From assembly GCF_964204645.1 (NCBI RefSeq), contig NC_134026.1:23036150-23100149 (forward strand): a DNA stretch of 64,000 nucleotides, given 5' to 3'. Under the pieces are notes generated by a model. The model was not told where the DNA came from. It worked only from the letters and a program-made list of their open reading frames with translations, and did not search any database. Position 1 is the stretch's first letter. Every line of letters starts with the position of its first letter. Made by a program: the position numbers and the translations under genes. This DNA is from Tubulanus polymorphus. Lineage: Eukaryota; Animalia; Nemertea. Shown here piece by piece: positions 1 to 13,306 of this stretch.

Positions 1-1503
1 CTTCAGATGGGCCATACTTCTACGACAGAATACAGCGTGAAATGTTATGACATCTGGACCATCGCCATCCTACAAGTTATAAAATATGATCTTACTTCAT
101 AGTGTATTAATTGTCATTACTCCTCAGACGATACTTACATTATAAAGTCTCTTAAGATCCTCCTCAACTATGATCTGGTCAATAGGAGATTCCTCATCTT
201 CACGATCTGCATTAGCCAGCGAAAACAGAAGACGACCAAGGTCACCACCAGTTTTGTCACTTACGTCATCCATAAGATCGGTGTTGAATTCTGTAATCAC
301 GTAATCATTTAATGAGAGCAGTTCACGATTAAACGGTTTTTACTTTGATGTAAATATTGAGCGAAATGATTGAAACTATATTTTATAATGTATCCATTAC
401 TCTTGTTGTAGAATTCGGTTATTTCGCTCATTTCCTCATTCGTTCTACTGGCGAAGATTTGAATCAAACACCTGTGGTCAGTACAACAGGCCTGCAATTG
501 ATATCACCTATGTGTAAATGGATCAGTAATTTTTGACGAAAAGATGCGAATATTTTCGTACCGTAAGTGCGTCTCGAATTTGATAGGCATCATATTCCCG
601 TGGTTCGTAACACAGCCCTACTACAGCTTCCTTGTAATATCCACTTAATGCATTAACTATCTCATTCGGCAATCGCTTAGAATAAAATATCAAATAAAAC
701 CATATTGTAATCAAAATAGAGAATGTATATATAGATACACTATTATATCCATGCACGATTCTCACACATATCTCCAAAATAGGGGAAATTTTCAATGATT
801 CCAAAAAATTCCAAATTGAGATGCAAGAATAATAATCATAACAAGTAAAGATATATCACAATACCCTTCCGTAGATGGTCTTGTACGCCCTTCGTATTTC
901 TTTACGTAGCGCGCCATCGCTTTGAGTGAATACTTCAATGATTGAAGTATTTGGACACATGCAATCACTTAACGGTATTACGTTTCCTTTAAACGACAAA
1001 AGGAGGAATACATAATGCAAACAGCACCCTACAGGAAAAAGCTTTTATTAATGATTATCGGATAGAGTGAAAATTCTATCGACTGCACTTACGCCAAAAT
1101 CCTGGTAGATTATCGTGTATTTTCGAACACGCGCTATTAACTATTTCATTATCCGCGTTCGTTGCCTACAATGACACATTTTTGTTGACTATAAAATGCC
1201 ACATTTAATAGATCCGATGGTGAGGGATAAATAACGTTCCAAATGCAGCATACAACATGTTACAAACGCGTTAGGCCTATAAAACTATAATCTAGTCCCT
1301 GCACCCTGGGCATTTCAAATTACAAATTTCATTGCAATTCCAAATAAACCTTGATGTTCACCTGTAGCCTTTTCCGTAGTTATTGATTCAATTTGAGCCT
1401 GGAATTAAGTCTTACCAAGACTCGGTACAGGAATGCACGAGAAGACATTTTCAGGTAACCGATAGAACGAAAGAGTTTGGATTATTGTCCCAGATTTGAA
1501 ATC
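1..1503 (-). CDS. Divergent annexin, partial (3' part beyond the window start; 5'-most exon(s) uncertain). Exons approx. 1416-1503, 865-986, 562-675, 401-491, 139-290, 1-69
   Basis: Splicing at GT-AG sites with matching phases gives ...SGTII...IIEVFTQSDGALRKEIRRAYKTIYGRRLPNEIVNALSGYYKEAVVGLCYEPREYDAYQIRDALTACCTDHRCLIQIFASRTNEEMSEITEFYNKKFNTDLMDDVSDKTGGDLGRLLFSLANADRE...DGDGPDVITFHAVFCRRSMAHLK. This follows annexin repeats 1-3 (consensus GTDE..LIEILASRTNEE, LSG.F, EYDA..L). Confidence 0.88.
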
Positions 1504-2067
1504 TGAGATTCAACATAATATCACCTATTGTATATGATAAAAATAAAGGCAAGCCCATTAGAGAACAAACTATAGAACAGTAAGCTAACGGTTCGTGTGT
1601 AAAAAGAACAGCTCTGAAGAAAACTTAGGTTGCACCCTGTTATCCCTTATCCAGCACCCATATGCCATGATTATCAACTGAAAGCTGCTTATATTGATAA
1701 TGGCCGTGGCATCTTGGTCGTTAATGCGAGGGCAACAAATTTGCCTGAGTCCCAAATCAACTTTTTATCTAATGATCGTTTGGTGAGGAATTCTTATACT
1801 TACCGACAACATGTTTGTATATCCACAAGGGAATTACCGATACGTATGCTCCAGGCGGCTGGTAGCGCCTGTGTTGTATGGGAAACTTGCGGATTGGGTT
1901 GAAATAAATTTATTCTGAATAATCCGGATACGAAATCGCGCATAATGTATACCGGATAGAACTATACGGGAGGTATCTGTTGCACCAGATCGAATGCTAC
2001 GTATATGAAAAATATACAAATAAAAAATTAATACTAAAATAATGAATCAAATGAACTTCGTAATAAT

Positions 2068-2104
2068 GTTCTTTGCATAATTGTAAAACAATTATGCAAA
2101 GAAC
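2068..2104. repeat. Perfect 17-bp inverted repeat (hairpin/cruciform) with a 3-nt loop
   Basis: GTTCTTTGCATAATTGT-AAA-ACAATTATGCAAAGAAC, located between the divergently oriented annexin and SLC43 genes. Confidence 0.9.
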
Positions 2105-2445
2105 GGTCTTGGATACCGACATAAATATTTATTTAGTTCATGAATTTTGATGTTAGAGGCACTCCATCGTGACTTTAACAAACATTACACCAGCAAATTA
2201 CACGATATATAAGCCTTTATAAGCCTTTATATACGTACTGTAAGATCGTATGACCTAGCCGTGATAAGAGATTGATCTTTTACCCGGGCGTTCCTAACTT
2301 GCACTGTCGGTGCTCATCTAGACTTATTATATGTCATACGAATAGCGATATCATTTGCAAACATTATTCAGGCGTTTATTTTCGTGTAGGTCTACGTATA
2401 TTCCGCTTTCTACTGGACGTGACATCAAGAAGCAACACTCCGATC

Positions 2446-5007
2446 ATGGGGACGTGTCGAGCAGTCTGTGCAATCATATTCTGTACTCTGGAAACTATTC
2501 TAATCTCTGGAATGATTTTCGGCTGGGATTTTGTACTCCCGTTATTCCAAAAGGACTCCATATTTATCAATAAGAATTACTGCCCCAGTGGCACGAGCAA
2601 AGGAGTAGCTTATAATGCACCGGTGGCAGTCCCAAATAGTAATTCCACCTCTGCAACAAGTAACAGCGCGTATTTGCAGTTCTACGGAGTTGAATACTTC
2701 TGTCAGAGAGAAGCCGAGGAGTACGATTTAGTCTATATGTTGTCTCTTTTCATGCCGTATGTTCTAATTCTTGTAATCGGGGTTCTCTATGATTACCTGG
2801 GCACACGAATCATTCGCATCGTAGCAATGTGAGTATACGTTCAGTTCTGACATTGATACTTGCTGGACTCCATGGTAGGCCCTACATATCAAGCAGGGTT
2901 CATATTTACATGCTGAAATAGTCACTATTTGAACTGTTTCTGATTTGTTTCAGTATTTTGTTTATTGCTGGTTGTATGCTTATATCATATACGACGTCAG
3001 GTATGTTCATACTTAATCGAATCTTGCCATGATATAGCAGAATATTTTTAACTTCAACTAATCTAAGACAATATCTTCTGTCGAATTATTCAGACACGGA
3101 TGTACTGTTGTTTATTGGAATGCCCTTTATTTCGGCTGGCGGAGGGTTGATACTGTTGACGAACCTCCAAATATGTAATTGGTTTTTCCCCCAGAGGAGC
3201 ATGGTAATAAGCTGGTTTATCGGCTGCTTTTGCTCCAGTTGTGGAATGTTCTTACTGATAAACGTAAGCTTTCAATGTTCAGTACTCAATATTCAACTCG
3301 TTACAAATCGGCTCTCGATTTTCAGCTTCGAATAACAACTTGTAATTCAGATAATACGCGTATGTAATGTATAGCTTAGATTGTCAGGTTACGACGAGAA
3401 AAGTCATTAAACTATTTATTCTTTTAGACGCTAGAATGTTCATTCACTGAAATCACTACCCGATATCTGTTTTGGGGACTAGCTGTATTGGCAATAATTC
3501 CTATCATTACAACGCTTGCCATCTTGCCATTGCACCATATCACAGAGGGTCAAGGCAGTCTAGAACAATTCGGCAGTTCTGACACGCACATCAGAATGAA
3601 TTCGAAAAAAATCTATCGACAATCGCGATTAGAAGGGCTGACTATGGACCCGGATGATTCAGGGGATCTGGACGAAAGGCGTTCCTCTGCAGCTGTCAGC
3701 ATCGTCATTGATAAAGATACGTATTGTAAGGTATCATGCAACGCTACCTATATTATACATGTATTTTGGTTTGCCGTTATGCAGTTACAGTACTGGTGGA
3801 TGTATAGCAGAAGTCGCGAAGAGATATACGGTATTGACGAAAAAAAAAATCCTACAGGTAAAGGGCGAGGTTTTCTCTTTCACAAACCAATTACAAGGAG
3901 TATATTCAAACATGAATCTAACCAGTATTTTCTTTTGAACTTAACAGCAGTCTTCTTGACTTATCGGTATGAGCTATTTCATTACGCTCCGATAGCAATG
4001 ATACCTGTGCCGTTAATTTTTGTCGGTGTAATCATGGATGCAAGACGATACGCCATTGGAAAATCATATCCTGATAGTTAGTATTCCGATTCGTCCAAAA
4101 AGAACTGTGAAAAGGTTGTTACCATTTAAACCAAAATAGCTTAAACCTAAAACATCCACTCTATTAAAGGTGAAACGATTCACGTTAGAGCAGCTCTAAT
4201 TCCCGTTATCCTGGTGACGATAATTGCAGTGACATTAGCATGTTTTGTGTTTGCTCCGTGGCCAGAAGTTAAGTACGCTTTGGACGCGCTGATCATACTT
4301 CACAAACCGCTAGTTTTAGCAACATCGGCTTGTTTCATCTTCCAAGTGTAAGTGTATTCACTAATCCAAATATTGCCTTCGCTAACTCCATTTATTATGA
4401 ACTATCTATATTAAGATTTATCTATACCTGTAGAAATGTTTAGATCTTACCCGTAATTATTAACCAAACTGATTTTTTGTTCCGTTTCTCATAACACGTT
4501 ATTTCGTATTCCGGTATAATGTTCCGTAGATTTCCGGAGGAGTTTTTTGGTCGCCTCGTCGGCGTTGCTATGATGGTTGGCGGAGTCTTCGGTGTCAATT
4601 ATTACACGCTCGATATACTCCATGAAACTGTCGTATCAAAAGAAAGCATCCATTGGGTATGTATGCGGTATTTTAAGACTAATTATTTGATACCATTTGA
4701 ATAACTCAATCAAACTTCGGGGCCGCGTTGCAGAACCATCATTGCGGTATTGCTCACCGCAGGACCTTATCCAAGGTAGACACATTGGCATGTATTTCCT
4801 TTTCAGATTAATGTCGGTATTGCTATTCTAGTAGGGTTTTCTATTGCTCATCCCATCCACTTGATCGCAAGAGGAAAACAACTTGAAAGGGAAACGGAAC
4901 GCAGGACGATGAACGTAATATGGGCAACGGACAACGTCACCTACCAGACGATGGAGAGTATGAAGAATAACGGCTCGAAAAACAATTGGAAATCAACAGA
5001 ACTATGA
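2446..5007 (+). CDS. SLC43 family (LAT3/LAT4/SLC43A3-like) MFS transporter, about 8 exons (approx. 2446-2828, 2955-3000, 3094-3263, 3428-3856, 3950-4076, 4170-4346, 4530-4656, 4807-5007)
   Basis: N-terminus MGTCRAVCAIIFCTLETILISGMIFGW...F...C matches the SLC43 LE...GxxFGW motif. Also present: MFS motif A GVLYDYLGTR, GGGLILLTNLQI, GVIMD, FPEEFFGRLVG and C-terminal AHP. Several TM helices and canonical splice sites. Confidence 0.88.
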
Positions 5008-6113
5008 ACTGCAAGCCTTATATCGGAAAACCACCAATTCCAGAAAAGCGCCGTGTAGCACATGGACTCCAACTCAAAATTCCCCGAAGAATCAAAATTC
5101 TATAGAGATGGCGAATGCAATTGTCATTTGGGAGATATTGAGGAATTTGAAATAGGCAAAAGCGGCATACATATGTATATACCTTTACATCTGCTGATGC
5201 TGTGTCAGGACGAACGTACCTTTTTACAAAACATATTTGTTCTGACTAGACTTTATGATAATATTGGAAAATCAGATCCGAAATTATGCCGATATTCTAT
5301 CTATAGCATATTCAATCTTTGTACTTAAAACTACGTAACTGAACATAAACGAATTCATCATACATATGGATGAATCTATTACATTATGTACACACAATCA
5401 TTATTCAAAAAAGATTTCACTCTACATCTTGTTCATTGTTAATTACTGCAGAACGACAGGTAAGATTGTTCGATATTTTTACAATATTCCAATGAAATGA
5501 AATGAATCCACGAGTTATAACGTTACTTAATGTGCATTATATAATAAAGATAAATAATGAAATGGATGAAGCTTTTGTAAATTTTTGACATTTAGGTAAA
5601 CAATAGCCGCACTTGAAAACATTCATAAATGCACCATTTAAAACAACATGCAACAAAAAGTCAGGTAGATCTTTAGTAATTTCCGGATATATGTCGATGT
5701 GCTATCAACAAGTCACCCACGTATCCTAGTTATAATTCATATCAAGGACGAACTTTTTAACTGATATTCACGTTTGTTGTTTGTTTGAAGAACATCTGTC
5801 GAAATATCTCGAATCAATTATATTACTATTACGAAGCCTTGAGCGGTTACACGTCATAAAATGGAAAACAAAGGTACAGTACTTACATATATATTTGATT
5901 ACCAATAATATGTTACAACATAACACTTTTATAGGAATTAACATGTTATCCTTACTGTAATTTGGACTTTGTTACAGTTATCACTATAGAATCACAGAAG
6001 CAAACCGTAACCGCTCATAAAGTACGTGATTGAGGAAACATCATCATGAGCCAGTGTCCTGAGATACCTGAATGGTTTGAATTTAGGCGAATTAACATCA
6101 TGCAAAGATTTAT

Positions 6114-8615
6114 TCAACGTTGAATTGCTCGCATCAAATAGTCCTGAGGACCTAAACTGAGTCGTTGAATCCCCTTTAATGGTGGAAGTTCTATGTGATC
6201 CGGTACATCCAATTTGAAACACTGTAACAAACTCGTAAACATAAGGAAAAGTTCACGTTTTGCCAACTGATCACCGAGACAATACCTTGGCCCTGAAATC
6301 GAAAGCAAATCTTATTCATCAATCATTGATAATGATGAATTTTTTGTCGATACCAAACAGATGTCAGATATTCTTATTGTTAAGGTATATATACTAAAAA
6401 AAGCAAAGAGCATGAAAGGGTGGATGGTTAAGCTCACCCATTGAAAATGGAAGAAAACCCTTGTTTGATTTGACGAAATTTCCCTGCTCGTTGAGCCATC
6501 GCTCGGGTTTGAACGCATGCGCATCGGGCCACAGTTTTTCATCCATGTGGATACCGTAAAAGTTGAAGAAAACCATCGTGTCTTTTGGAATGTAGAAACC
6601 GTGAAATATGACATCTTCGTTGGCTGCATGTGGTGCTCCGAGTGGGGCTGGAGGCAAGATCATAATATAGAATCAATTTCGAGTCGTGTATATAACTTTA
6701 TTACATTATAATCTGACGGAAGGTTTTACGAATAGTATATACCTATGTTGCAGTGTCGGAGTAGTTCGTGTATTGTTGCCTGCATATAAGGCATTCCATC
6801 TCTATGCGTAATTTTCGGTGGGCGATCTTGTCCAATAACCTGTGCATATCAAAGTGAAAAGTCGTTTAAGAAAAAAGTCTGGCCGAGGAAATTCTACAAT
6901 TCGGCAAGTTATATTTCAAGTTTCGCTTAGGTTCTGCGTACAATGTAGGTATCGGGAACATAAAATACCTACCTGGTCAATTTCGACCTGACACCTGGCC
7001 TGGGTGTCGGGATAATGCAGCATATATAAACAGAACCATCGTAGGGCAACTTGAGTGCTTTCTATTCCCGCCATGAACAAACTATGTATCATAGTTTTTA
7101 AGGTTTCATCTGTATTTCAAAAACAAGTAGAAAGGGAGAAATAAAGAATAGAGTGTTATGAGTGTTTCTATTTTTCAATAACATATGACGTGTGTACTAC
7201 ATATGTGTGGGTAGATAATTACCTACCTCCGTAAAAACCCGAATACTCGTGTACTTTAGTGAGTTATAAACACGTATTATGTAAATGTCAATGAAACCAG
7301 TTTTGAGAGTGGCTCTTAGGGCATGGATTCGAATCGGTAGAATTAACCGTTTTTATTTTGATTTCGTCAGAGTAGTTATTTGTTATATGAAACGTTACGC
7401 ATACCCGAAAATACTTGATTATCTGCGTCTGTCTTCTGACGTAGGAGAAACACATCGATGAAATCACGAACTTTACATGCGTCGAATGTTGCCTTGTGAT
7501 CTTCTATGAATTGGGTGATTATATCATCCGTATCTTGAAGAACTTTCATCAAAATATTTGTCTAGAATTAATAATGAATTGTTTTTATGTCATTTCGTTT
7601 CGTTGATAATGGCCATTTATAGGTGTCTTATTCTTTTGTCGAGTAAACAAACCTTTGAAAATGGGTTCACAAAACCCAGGACAGGTATGTAATTCTCGAA
7701 CAGGTCTACGTGTAGAAAATTTAGGAACTTGAAAACTAACGAGATAAGCTGATTGAACTGTTTATCTTCATAATCAAATCTGAAACGAATTGCAAATCGA
7801 AGGCATTGAGATGAAATGAATTTTTTTCGAATCAAGAATACCCTTGATTAGGGCATCTGAGTCGTATTCGTGAGAGTCATAGGGACTTTTTGTTTTTTGT
7901 TTCGCTCACCTTTTCCCTAGCGTTATGGAACAAATAACATTCGCCAACGATTTCAAAGCGAGATCATTGATCATGAAAGGTTGACCAGCCTTCTTTTCAA
8001 TTTCATTTTTTAGAGCACTCATTTCGACGTTCATCCGTTCGTTGAAGAAGGCGGAACCGTAACTGAGGTTTCGAAGCGCAGATTTTGTTGCTCTCTTTAC
8101 TGTTTCTAATTCTTTGCCTCGTAACATGCCCAAGCCTAAAAATGTCAATGACGTGACGATGATTTCTAATAATATCAATCGGTTTGAAGTGAAAGAATCA
8201 TTTAGAATGGCAAATACGAACCTTTTCGTTTGAACAATTTTCCCCATATGCGCATTGCTGATTTGGGCCTGGTGCTGAACATGTGGCCATGGTCTACTAG
8301 GGCATCTTTGACAGCGGCGTTACCGTTTATAAACACAGCCAGTTTGTTTCCGAAATATAGCGAGAATATGTTGCCATGAACTCGACGGATGTCTTCAATG
8401 ACGAGATACATTTCCACGGGCCGCCGGGCTATCGTAGCGAGGTTACCGATGATTGGCCAGGAGAATGGTCCTGGTGGGTACTGATACCGGCTGCGATCCT
8501 GACTGATGTAGGCTAGATAGAATGCTAATCCAACCAATGCACACAAACAAACTATTCGAAATATCATTTGTAGGTAAAGTGAATTGACTGCAATGATTAA
8601 ATCTTCGTCGAACAT
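6114..8615 (-). CDS. Cytochrome P450, clan 2 (CYP2J/2U-like), 8 coding exons; start at ATG 8615 or 8567
   Basis: N-terminal TM anchor followed by YPPGPFSWPIIGNL. I-helix LFMAGIEST, K-helix ELLR (ExxR), PERW, and heme motif FLPFSM|GPRYCLG. The reading frame is continuous across the GT-AG junctions checked. Confidence 0.95.
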
Positions 8616-9767
8616 CTCGACCTAAAAAAATGTAAATAATTCATTTAGGCAAATATTAGACATATCGAATGATATTTACCAATATATTCAAATGCTCATA
8701 TTTCATGATATGCTATCCGTTCGATCAAATCAAAACAAAATATTTTTCTGTGAAGTGTATTCCAAAGTATTTGAATGATCGAAAAAATCGATATTCATGA
8801 CTCGAAAACAATTTGAAAAGGGACAACTACATTCAAACATCTTACCTCGTTTCCAGCTTGCGTGGTTCGATTACAGAGTGCATGTTGCTCGCCTTGCCCA
8901 CGATATATATGCACGCTTGCAGGTGTTAATTGAAACGATTGGATAATAAGTGGCGTTTTCAAAACAGCCGAACGAATCATTTCATCTTTTCATGTTATGA
9001 ATTTGGTTTCACAAGAGCCACTTTGGGGCGTCCGGATTCTAATACGTCCTCTCGTTCATACTGACAACTTGAAATTACCAAAACTGGACCAGGGTCGAAA
9101 TACAATCGAAAATTCATAGAAAGTCATAATCTTTCCTTATGGTAAGAAATTGTCTCGATTCTTTCAATTTTGGCATGGTGTTGGATCGTACTAGGGAACA
9201 AGGAATCTATCCTTGGAATGGTAACCATTATGGTTTACTCGATTCATCGATTCAAAGGCCTGAACCCTGTCTGTTTGGCCGCGGTGTAATCGCGTAAACA
9301 GCACAGCCATATCCTAGCTATCGCTATAGACTGATGTAAATCGTTGTCCACGCTGCGTCATTCAAGCCTTTGAGTAATTACTCCAAGTTCAAACAATGTC
9401 GATACTCTAGAGCAGTGTAAAAATGGCAATAGAAACAAGTTGTTGCATGTTATGCGTTGTTTTCTTCGTATGCCCCATTCCTCGGCACATTTGTGACCTT
9501 TCCCAATATTTCAATCCGTAACGAAGGATATGCCAAATTCATGAAGGTCTGTTGATCTGTTGATAAGGCCCTGAATAAAATGGTTTCACTGAAAAATATT
9601 ATCTCGGATCCTTGTCCATTATCAGCTGTTTCGAAAAGGAAGTTATATCTACATGGGATGCGGGTATACAAAATCAGTTTAAATCGAATTCCATCGAGCT
9701 TCTAACAAGCAGGCAGTACGCTGAATAATGGGTACATACCTTACTGGTGTTATCACATGACTGAGCG

Positions 9768-11503
9768 ATGGACTGCGCGATGCATTTTAACGGTCTTTTA
9801 GTTTTCATCGCCTACCTTTCGATTCTTAAAATGACCACAGTATCAACAGGTAGGTAATTTTTGTAATGATAAATTCATTCAATAAGAACTAAGGCATTCA
9901 TATGAATCCAGTTTTTAAATAATCTGCGTGAGTTCGATCTGCTTGACGTATTTCTATAAGAGATCTTTCTTTCCCCGTATGATTCAAGTTTTTCCATCCA
10001 AATTAACGGACAAAGAAATGACAAATAGTAAAAAAATTAGAACGTTTTCACAGGCAACTTAACGACAACCAAAGAACCTGTGGTTGAAACTCATCAGAAT
10101 AATACAACAACGGATGAAAACTTATCTTCGAATGAAATAGCGAATGTGACTAGTCTAAAACCCCATAAAGCCACTCAGTCTCCTAGCTCTACCATATCGA
10201 CAAGGTCATCTATCGCACAATCAACGTCCGCTAAAATCAGCAGATCTTCAACCGTGAGCACATCTTCTAGGCCACGTTCTACGCACTTTTCCGTGACATC
10301 AATTTCGTCGTCCATAACTACTCATAGTAATATACCCACGTCGTTAAAATCTACAACAGTTAGTCCTTCAAACAGTACAGTTCCAATGGTAGACACGGGT
10401 GTGCACATTTTTACGGTTCTCGCTTATGGATGCAGTATTGGACTAGGCGCGGTGTTGTTAATAAGTGTATTGGTCTTAGCATGCTTTGCTCGAAAAAAGA
10501 GTAAGTATCCTCTATGTAATTGCAATATTCTAGATGTCTTATAAATCATGATTAGAAAATCAGAAAAATCTTGAAAAAGGATATAATGACTTATATATAC
10601 ATTATAGACAAATCCCAGGGAAACCGAACTATAGGGAATACAGATATTGCAGGAGTTAGGCGAAGAAATCCTATTCTCGACCTAGACAGAATAGCCAAAG
10701 TATGTATATCGGTGAGTCACTGATACAAAAGCTGTCAGGATTGTGAAACATATTTACCGACGCAAACCCGGAAAAGCAATCACAATTTGCTTATGCTTCA
10801 TAAGTAAAAATAGTTTCAGATTTCTGTGTAGGGCCTATCATTTGATCGTCCTGTAAATCTTGTTTATTCCAGCAAAGGTCGGCAGTCATAAACGAGTCAA
10901 CTTCGTCAACGTCGATGGCCTGCATCCCGCCGAGCCCGCAGCCATGGGACTACGATTCGCCGGTGCGTGCTCTAGTCAGCTCATCTGATAGGTCGTCGAG
11001 CCTGCCTCGGCGGAATCATCACAATTCCTCGCACTCTAGTACAAATACTAACCGCTACGTTAACCCGATCTATCAACTCGACTGCTCGGACGAAGAAGAT
11101 AATGCCGTGGTAGGTTTTTTATATTCTATAGAAGAAACTTTTCCAGAATGGTACATTCAAATATACGTACAGAATCGATATAGACTTTACATAGACGAAA
11201 GAGAAAATGTTACTTTGTCATTTAATTCAGAATCATTTTGTCGTTTGATGCCGAATCGAATCAATTATGATTCGACCAACTGTTCAATATTTCTTTCGCG
11301 ACATTTATCCCACACATTTATTCAATTTCCAGTGTGTCGCACATGATGGAACTATCTACCTTAGACTCGGTTCGTTAACGTCTGAACCGAAAATAGTGTT
11401 AGGCGATAGCAGCGGAGATTATGCCGAAATAGACTTTACAAGACCGGGACCAAGCCTGCCGTTGACTGAACCCTGGCATATTGGCAGTATTAAAGAGAGT
11501 TAA
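9768..11503 (+). CDS. Orphan type-I single-pass membrane protein: signal peptide, Ser/Thr-rich mucin-like ectodomain, TM helix and tyrosine-motif cytoplasmic tail. Exons approx. 9768-9849, 10054-10500, 10608-10699/10711, 10873-11109, 11333-11503
   Basis: Signal peptide MHFNGLLVFIAYLSILKMTTVSTG, then an S/T-rich stretch with N-glycosylation sequons. TM segment IFTVLAYGCSIGLGAVLLISVLVLACFA is followed by RKK. Exon phases are compatible through to stop TAA at 11501-11503. Confidence 0.75.
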
Positions 11504-13306
11504 GGAAACAAATGAAAAATAACGAAACATAATCGTTTATTTGATACATAGTTAAATCGGACTAACATAGTCAATACGAGCAAAATAATATCCAGCTTTA
11601 GACATGGAACTCGAAAAGCAACGTTTCTCAAAGCAGTGCCGGTCTATCCCTCGGTGATAACGCGATTTACTGCACTTTACTTTTGACTCCGCATGAATCG
11701 CGGAAAACCAGAGTAATTCCAGAAAAGAGCGTTACCACTTCACGGGGATTAACTGTCCAGTTATTGTGCGATCGGTCTCTTTGTAAGTAGTAAACAAAAA
11801 TCTGCTAATTTCAACAACTTACGTATTGTAACGAAAAAAAATGTTACATTACCAATTGATTTTACTATTCCCAGAATTGGTGAATCTAAATTCTTAATAC
11901 AAGTTTCTTGTTTCAGAACAAAACCTTTGATTTGCATTTATCGTTTTTTAATGAGATATAAACTGTGCAAAAAAGGAAAAAAACTTAATTTGATTTACAG
12001 TAGTACAATATAATCCTTAAAAGATTCATGATTTGTGGCTGCTACCTCAACTTCAAGATATGCCATACGGGCTACAAACTTCACACCAGATAAGTGTTGG
12101 TGTTGAGTAGTAAAAAAGTATTCAGCTTTTTTACGCGTGCATAAATACATCTATATAATAAATGAAATTTACATAGCGCAAGAATCCTATTCAATACAGT
12201 TCAAATGCGCTCATTCACTGCTTTTCAGGTATTATCATACACACTCTTTCGTATTTGTCACAGAATATCACCTTACATTATGCAATTTGGGAGATCTTGA
12301 TCTTCAGTATTTAGCTTAGAAACCTAATCCCAAAACTGAAACTACCGGTAACAATATTAGAGCGTATGTTCAGCAATAGAAAACAATTCAATATTCTCCC
12401 TTCTGCAAAACAAAAAATTCCACATTTGAGTGCTGAAATTCTAATTCTAATTCCTACATAGTAATTATGAGTGTATTGTAGAAAGGAACATTAGCAGCTT
12501 TTTGTAGAAAACAATTGAGAGGAATCTTTGATCACCAGTTGCAATAAAAAAGTATCAAGCAGTAACCGATTTCTATGTCCATGGAAATTTTTAAGCACAT
12601 AAATATCTACATATACATATAGCATGATGTAAAAAGCAGATTTTCCTGGGGTTTTCAATGGATTAGAATCCGTCAACTTGTTAAAAACTAAAACTACACA
12701 TTGAAAACAAATACTATTTTTTCAACATACTTCAAACGAAATATTGAGTAGATTTTTAGGAACAACAATCATAAAAATTCACACATGGATTAATCATTAA
12801 TCGATATCGATAGCAAGAACGCCGCTCCTTGCTTTTTAGATCAGATTAGTTCAACAGAAAACCAGGGTAGACATAGATAATATGGCAACAAGGGAACTTT
12901 GTTGGAACCCTGAACCTCATTCTAAATTTGACTCATTTGGAAATGACTCGAGTCTTATCTGTAAGAACGGTGAACAATTTTATTCTGTATTTAAATAAAT
13001 GGGAGCTTGGTTATCAATCTAACATATGTCATACTTTTCTAAGCCTCCACGTAAGTCAGTTTAATCAAATTTAGTAGTAAACACTTCCATGATAGAAAGC
13101 TGCTTTAATGGCATAGTTTGAAGTACCCCTGATTAAATACCTATGATTATTCACCAGTTAGGCTTTGCCACCGAACAAAATAAAAGCAAATCCTCTTGCA
13201 ATTTTTCAATGACACACTAGGACTTCAACGCAGCCATATTTCCATATTTTTTGGAGGAGACTTTAGAAATTTAACTTAAGCTATAACCTTACAATAGAAA
13301 TGATAG

